Shown here piece by piece: positions 58,090-64,000 of a DNA stretch of 64,000 nt. The notes below the pieces were generated by a model. The model had not been told where the DNA came from. It saw only the letters and a program-made list of their open reading frames with translations, and made no database searches. The first letter of the stretch is position 1; each line of letters starts with the position of its first letter. This stretch comes from Octopus vulgaris. Its lineage: Eukaryota. Made by a program: the position numbers and the translations under genes. The DNA is taken from the NCBI GenBank assembly GCA_951406725.2, contig OX597838.1:30318001-30382000 (forward strand), given 5' to 3'.

Positions 58090-58360
58090 GGTTAAGCAGT
58101 TGTGGTCGATGAAAAAGGTGGTAGCGCTACCAATAATTGTCGGGGCCCTGCGAACAGTGAATAAAAAATCTTGAGGTGCACAGGGAACAAATAGGGGCTG
58201 CAATAAGGGTGAAGCACTTGCAGAAAACAGCACTGCTTGGAACCGCTCGAATACTCCTGATGGTGCTCGAAAAATTAAGGGGCCTTACCTCAGTTAACTG
58301 GTAGTGATCAGTTTACGCCGTAGTGCATCTCCAGCGTTAGAAGCTCTGCGAAGACAATAA
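58090..58360 (+). mobile_element. R4-like 3' end fragment in (TAA)n
   Basis: LWSMKKVVALPIIVGAL...LQKTALLGTARIL. Confidence 0.75.
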
Positions 58361-58361
58361 A

Positions 58362-58478
<117 letters not shown>

Positions 58479-58488
58479 TGTAGTTGTT

Positions 58489-58625
<137 letters not shown>

Positions 58626-58629
58626 TCTT

Positions 58630-58667
<38 letters not shown>

Positions 58668-59931
58668 TCTAACTGAATTTTTAATTTTGGTTTTAAATTA
58701 TGTATTTTCAAATTAATTTTCGTTAAATTACTTTCACTTTATATATCCTTTTAAAGCCCGTTTTTCGCTCTATCTAATCGCGTTACTCTTTTTCTTTTTT
58801 AATAATTAGGCCATTTTTTCCGAAACGCTGAATACAGCATGGACAAAAAGCAAATTCGCACAATGTTCTTATTCCAGTTCAAGTTAGGCCGAAAAGCTGC
58901 TGAAACAGCTCGCGATAGCCACGATGCGTTTGGCCCAGGAACCACTAATGAACGTACAGCACAATGGCGGCTCAAGAAATTTCGTAGCGGTGACGAGAAT
59001 CTTTAAGATGATAAGAGTAGTGGTCGGCCATCTGATGTTGACAACGATCAAATAAGAGCCTTAGTGGAAGCCAATCCACGCACAACTGTTCAGGAGCTTG
59101 CTTCTCTGAATTAGGCGTAAAGTACACGACAATTTCCAACCACTTGAAAGAGATTGGAAAAACAAAAGTACTTGAGAAATGGGTGCCGCGAGAATCGAAC
59201 GAAAAAGGAAAAATACGCCTTTTTGAAGTGTCGTCTTCCCTTCTTTCACGCAACAAGAACGACTCGTTTTTCGACCGGATTGTGACTTGCGATGAAAAGT
59301 GAATTTTTTTACGACAACCGGCGACGCTCAGCTCAGTGGTTGGATGCCGACGAAGCTCCACGGCACTTCCCGAAGCCAACCAAAAGAAGGTCATGGTGAT
59401 TGTTTGGTGGTCTGTGGCCGCTTTCATCCATCACAGCTTTTTGGATCCAGGTGAAACCATTACGGCGGAGAAGTACTGTCAGCAAATGGATGAAATGCAT
59501 AAGAAACTCTGACAACAACAGCCAGCATTGGTCAATAGAAAAGGACCAATTCTTCTCCACGACAACGCTCAGCCGCACGTCGCACAACTGACCCTGCAGA
59601 AGTTGATCGAATTGGACTACGAAACTCTGCCTCGTCCGCCATACTCACAAGACCTCTCGCCTACCGACTACCACTTTTTCAAGCATCTCGACAACTTCCT
59701 GCGTGAGAAATGCTTCAAAAACCACGACGATGCCAAACGCGCCTTCAATGACTTCATCGCCACCAGAACGCAAGATTTTTACGCTACTGGCATAAATAAA
59801 CATGCTTCGTGTTGGCAAAAGTGTGTTGATTCTGATGGTGTTTATTTCGGCTAATAAAGTTTTGTTTGAACCGAGATATGTGCATCTGAATTTAAAGGTT
59901 AAAAACCGCAAGAACTTTCTTGACAACCTAA
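58668..59931 (+). mobile_element. Mariner transposon, decayed, left TIR lost
   Basis: MDKKQIR... from 58839; WVPRE, IVTCDEK, LHDNAQPH, YSQDLSPTDYHFF; right TIR-like end ...ttcttgacaacctaa; internal stops. Confidence 0.92.
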
Positions 59932-60791
59932 CAATAATAATAATAGTGTCCACAGCCAGCAGACTAAGTTGACACTTGGTGGCTGACGATATGCGTATTT
60001 CTGATCACGAGAAGGGGTGGCGGAGCGTCATGGTCATGTGTTGAGAGGAATTCTTTGGGATTAGAATAATTCACCCCGGGAAACATGGGTGTTTTTTTTT
60101 TTTTTTTCATAATCCTTAAGCAAATCTTAATTAAGGGACCTTTTGAGCGGGATGGACAACTCGACCTGAAAAAAATTCTAACTGGGCCCCACTAGCTGTT
60201 AATCTTGATATGAGATCACCATGTCGTGTACATATGGTTGTGATGCATGCGACTGGTGTACCCTTATCAGACGGGTCATCATGATGGGTATACTGGGCTT
60301 CGTATATTTGTACCTTGATTACTTGTGTTGCTCTCTCACTCAATAACAATAACAACAACACCAATGATAATAATAATAATAATCGTTTTTATTATATCAC
60401 AAGGCTAGAATTTTTTTGGAGGAGGGGACTAGTCGATTACATCGATCCCAATGTTTCACTGGTACTTAATTTATCGACCCCTAAAGGATGAAAGGCAAAG
60501 TTGACCTCAGTTGAACTTGAACACAAAATGTAGCGACGGGCGAAATACCTATTTCTTTACTACCCACAAGGGGCTAAACACAGAGAGGACAAACAAGGAC
60601 AGATAAACGGATTAAGTCGATTATATCGACCCCAGTGCGTAACTGGTACTTATTTAATTGACCTCGAAAGGATGAAAGGCAAAGTCGACCTCGGTGGAAT
60701 TTGAACTCAGAGCGTAACGGCAGACGAAATACCGCTAAGCATTTTACCCTGCGTGCAACGTTTCTGCCAACTCACCACCTTAATAATAATG

Positions 60792-60884
<93 letters not shown>

Positions 60885-60901
60885 GTAATAATAATAATAA
60901 T

Positions 60902-61948
<1,047 letters not shown>

Positions 61949-62164
61949 ATAATAATAATAATAATAACCATATAATTAGTACATATATATCATGAACTAA
62001 GTGTTACTTTCTCCGATGCAGCACAGAATTTTGCCAGTGAACTGGTCGCGGTTTCAAAGCGACGATAATATTTTGGCAAATTAAATATAAATGTTGTAGT
62101 GAATCTAACCCGGAACCATGTGGCTGATAAGCAAGCTACTTACCACACACCCACTCCTACGCCT

Positions 62165-62690
62165 ATGCTAATCTTCGGAGATGACAAGCTGCAACGTTTC
62201 ACTCTCCGGCGGAAGGAGTCCAAAGAAAGGACCTTCATCGACGTAGCCATACCTGCAAACCGGAATGCTGTGAAGACAGGGAACGAGGAAATCGCAAGGC
62301 ACCAAGACCTTACTTTGGAAGCGAAATGCATCTATAGAACCTGAAAAATGAGAGTGGTACCTGTTGTGATCGGTGCACTTGGGACCTTTATAAAGAACGT
62401 CTTCACGTTCTGGGTTGAAATTCCGCCAAGGTCGACTCTGCCTTTCATCCTTTCGGGGTCGATGAGACAAGTATTTGCTGAACAGGGGGGGGGTCGATGT
62501 AATCAACTAGCGCCCTCCTCACAAGCTTCAGGCCTTGTGCATTAGTGCAAACGGTATTTTAACATGAAAACCTGGAAATACCAAACTTTATACGAAGCAC
62601 ACGGTTGCAGTACTTGGAACAGCATGTGTTGAGGAAAGTATTGCATCTCAAAGCTGCGGGATGGAGCTAAAACGTGACATAGGTGAATTA
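62165..62690 (+). mobile_element. R4-like RLE fragment split by a SINE piece
   Basis: FIDVAIP...VVPVVIGALG...VLGTACVLRK. Confidence 0.65.
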
Positions 62691-62811
62691 GAAGAAATGA
62701 AAATCGAGAGAATGAACAGAGCAGTAATCTGTTGGGGCAGAGCCGGATAAAGAGCCATAGAGGCCCTGAGCACTTAAAAGATTTGGGTGCTCCCATAGGT
62801 ATGAAATTCAA

Positions 62812-63416
62812 AGGCGGCGAGCTGGCAGAATCGTTAGCACGCCGGGCGAAATGCTTAGCGGTATTTCGTCTGCCGTTACGTTGTGAGTTCAAATTCCGTC
62901 GAGGTCGACTTTGCCTTTCATCCTTTCGGGGTCGATAAATTAAGTACCAGTTACGCACCGGGGTCGATGTAATCGACTTAATACCTATGTCTGTCCTTGT
63001 TTGTCCCATCTATGTTTAGCCCCTTGTGGGTAATAAAGAAATAGGTATTTCGTTTGCGTTACGTTGTGAGTTCAAATTCCGCCGAGGTCGACTTTGCCTT
63101 TCATCCTTTCGGGGTCGATAAATTAAGTACCAGTTACGCACTGGGGTCGATGTAATCGACTTAATACCCATGTCTGTCCTTGTTTGTCCCCTCTGTGTTT
63201 AGCCCCTTGTGGGTAATAAAGAAATAGGTATTTCGTCTGCGTTACGCTGTGAGTTCAAATTCCGCCGAGGTCGACTTTGCCTTTCATCCTTTCGGGGTCG
63301 ATAAATTAAGTACCAGTTACGCACTGGGGTCGATGTAATCGACTTAATACCTATGTCTGTCCTTGTTTGTCCTCCCTGTGTTTAGCCCCTTGTGGGTAAT
63401 AAAGAAATAGGTATTT
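62812..63416 (+). mobile_element. tRNA-derived SINE with three tandem ~184-bp body units
   Basis: Head ggcggcgagctggcagaa, B-box gagttcaaattcc, central gcctttcatcctttcggggtcgataaa domain; body repeated head-to-tail. Confidence 0.85.
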
Positions 63417-63769
63417 ATTTATCGATTCAAGTAACAACGGAAAATCGCACCGATGTAAGATTTTGGCGGGATTTTCACTCAGATGACAAAGGGGCGTAAC
63501 TCGAAAAATCCCATAAATCATTTCGGCCGAAATTCTATGGGAATCTATCACCAAAATGGAGAGGGGGTGGGGAGGGGTACGGTTTGGTGTTGGTGGTGGT
63601 GGTGGAGGTGGTCGGTGAAGAGTGGGTGTAGATATATAAAGACATCAGAAAGAAAAGAGCCTCCCCCCGCCCCGCACACCTACCTCCTTTTGTTTTTTTC
63701 CTGTTTACATCCTTATCCGCCTCTCTCTCTCTCTCTCTTTCTCTCTACTCTTCACCTCTATCTTTCTTT

Positions 63770-63800
<31 letters not shown>

Positions 63801-63869
63801 CATCTTCCCTCCTCTCTCATCCCTTCTCTCTCTCTGTCCTCTCACATCCTGTCCGCCTTTCTTCCTGTC

Positions 63870-63900
<31 letters not shown>

Positions 63901-64000
63901 GCCTCCCTTTTTTGCCCTCCTCTCTCCTTTTCTCTCCTCTTCTCTTTCTCTGCCTCCTCTCTTTAAGTTCTCCTCTCCCTCTCTCCCTCTCTCTCTCTCT

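Noticed and set aside
62812-63416. Regular repeats resembling a CRISPR array
   Set aside because: Whole ~184-bp units repeat with no unique spacers; eukaryotic SINE sequence; no cas genes

Overview
Repeat-dominated, AT-rich animal genomic DNA. The SINE families, microsatellite load and mariner/Helitron/R4/RTE fragments resemble octopus DNA (inference, no database check). The only supportable host gene is the 3' part of a + strand, multi-exon gene for a two-domain von Willebrand factor A (vWA) protein. Its exons lie at about 4678-4722, 8296-8865, 12481-12528, 16871-17038, 18708-19079 and 20278-20343/20363, all with phase-1 GT-AG junctions. Nearly all other long ORFs are microsatellite artefacts. 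The most striking structure is a set of short elements inserted in (TA)n tracts that form long, near-perfect fold-back palindromes and carry type I hammerhead ribozyme motifs (canonical, U3-A8 compensatory and atypical minimal cores, mostly with palindromic stem III). One retains a GIY-YIG-like C-terminus, which links them to Penelope-like retroelements. Another is a non-coding 578-bp unit with a direct terminal repeat, like a retrozyme. Also present: three decayed mariners, MITEs, five non-autonomous Helitrons, R4/Dong-like, RTE and L1/Tx1-like LINE fragments, a (TAA)n-targeting non-coding retroposon and tandem SINE arrays. Exon, ribozyme and palindrome coordinates were counted by hand; other repeat boundaries are approximate.
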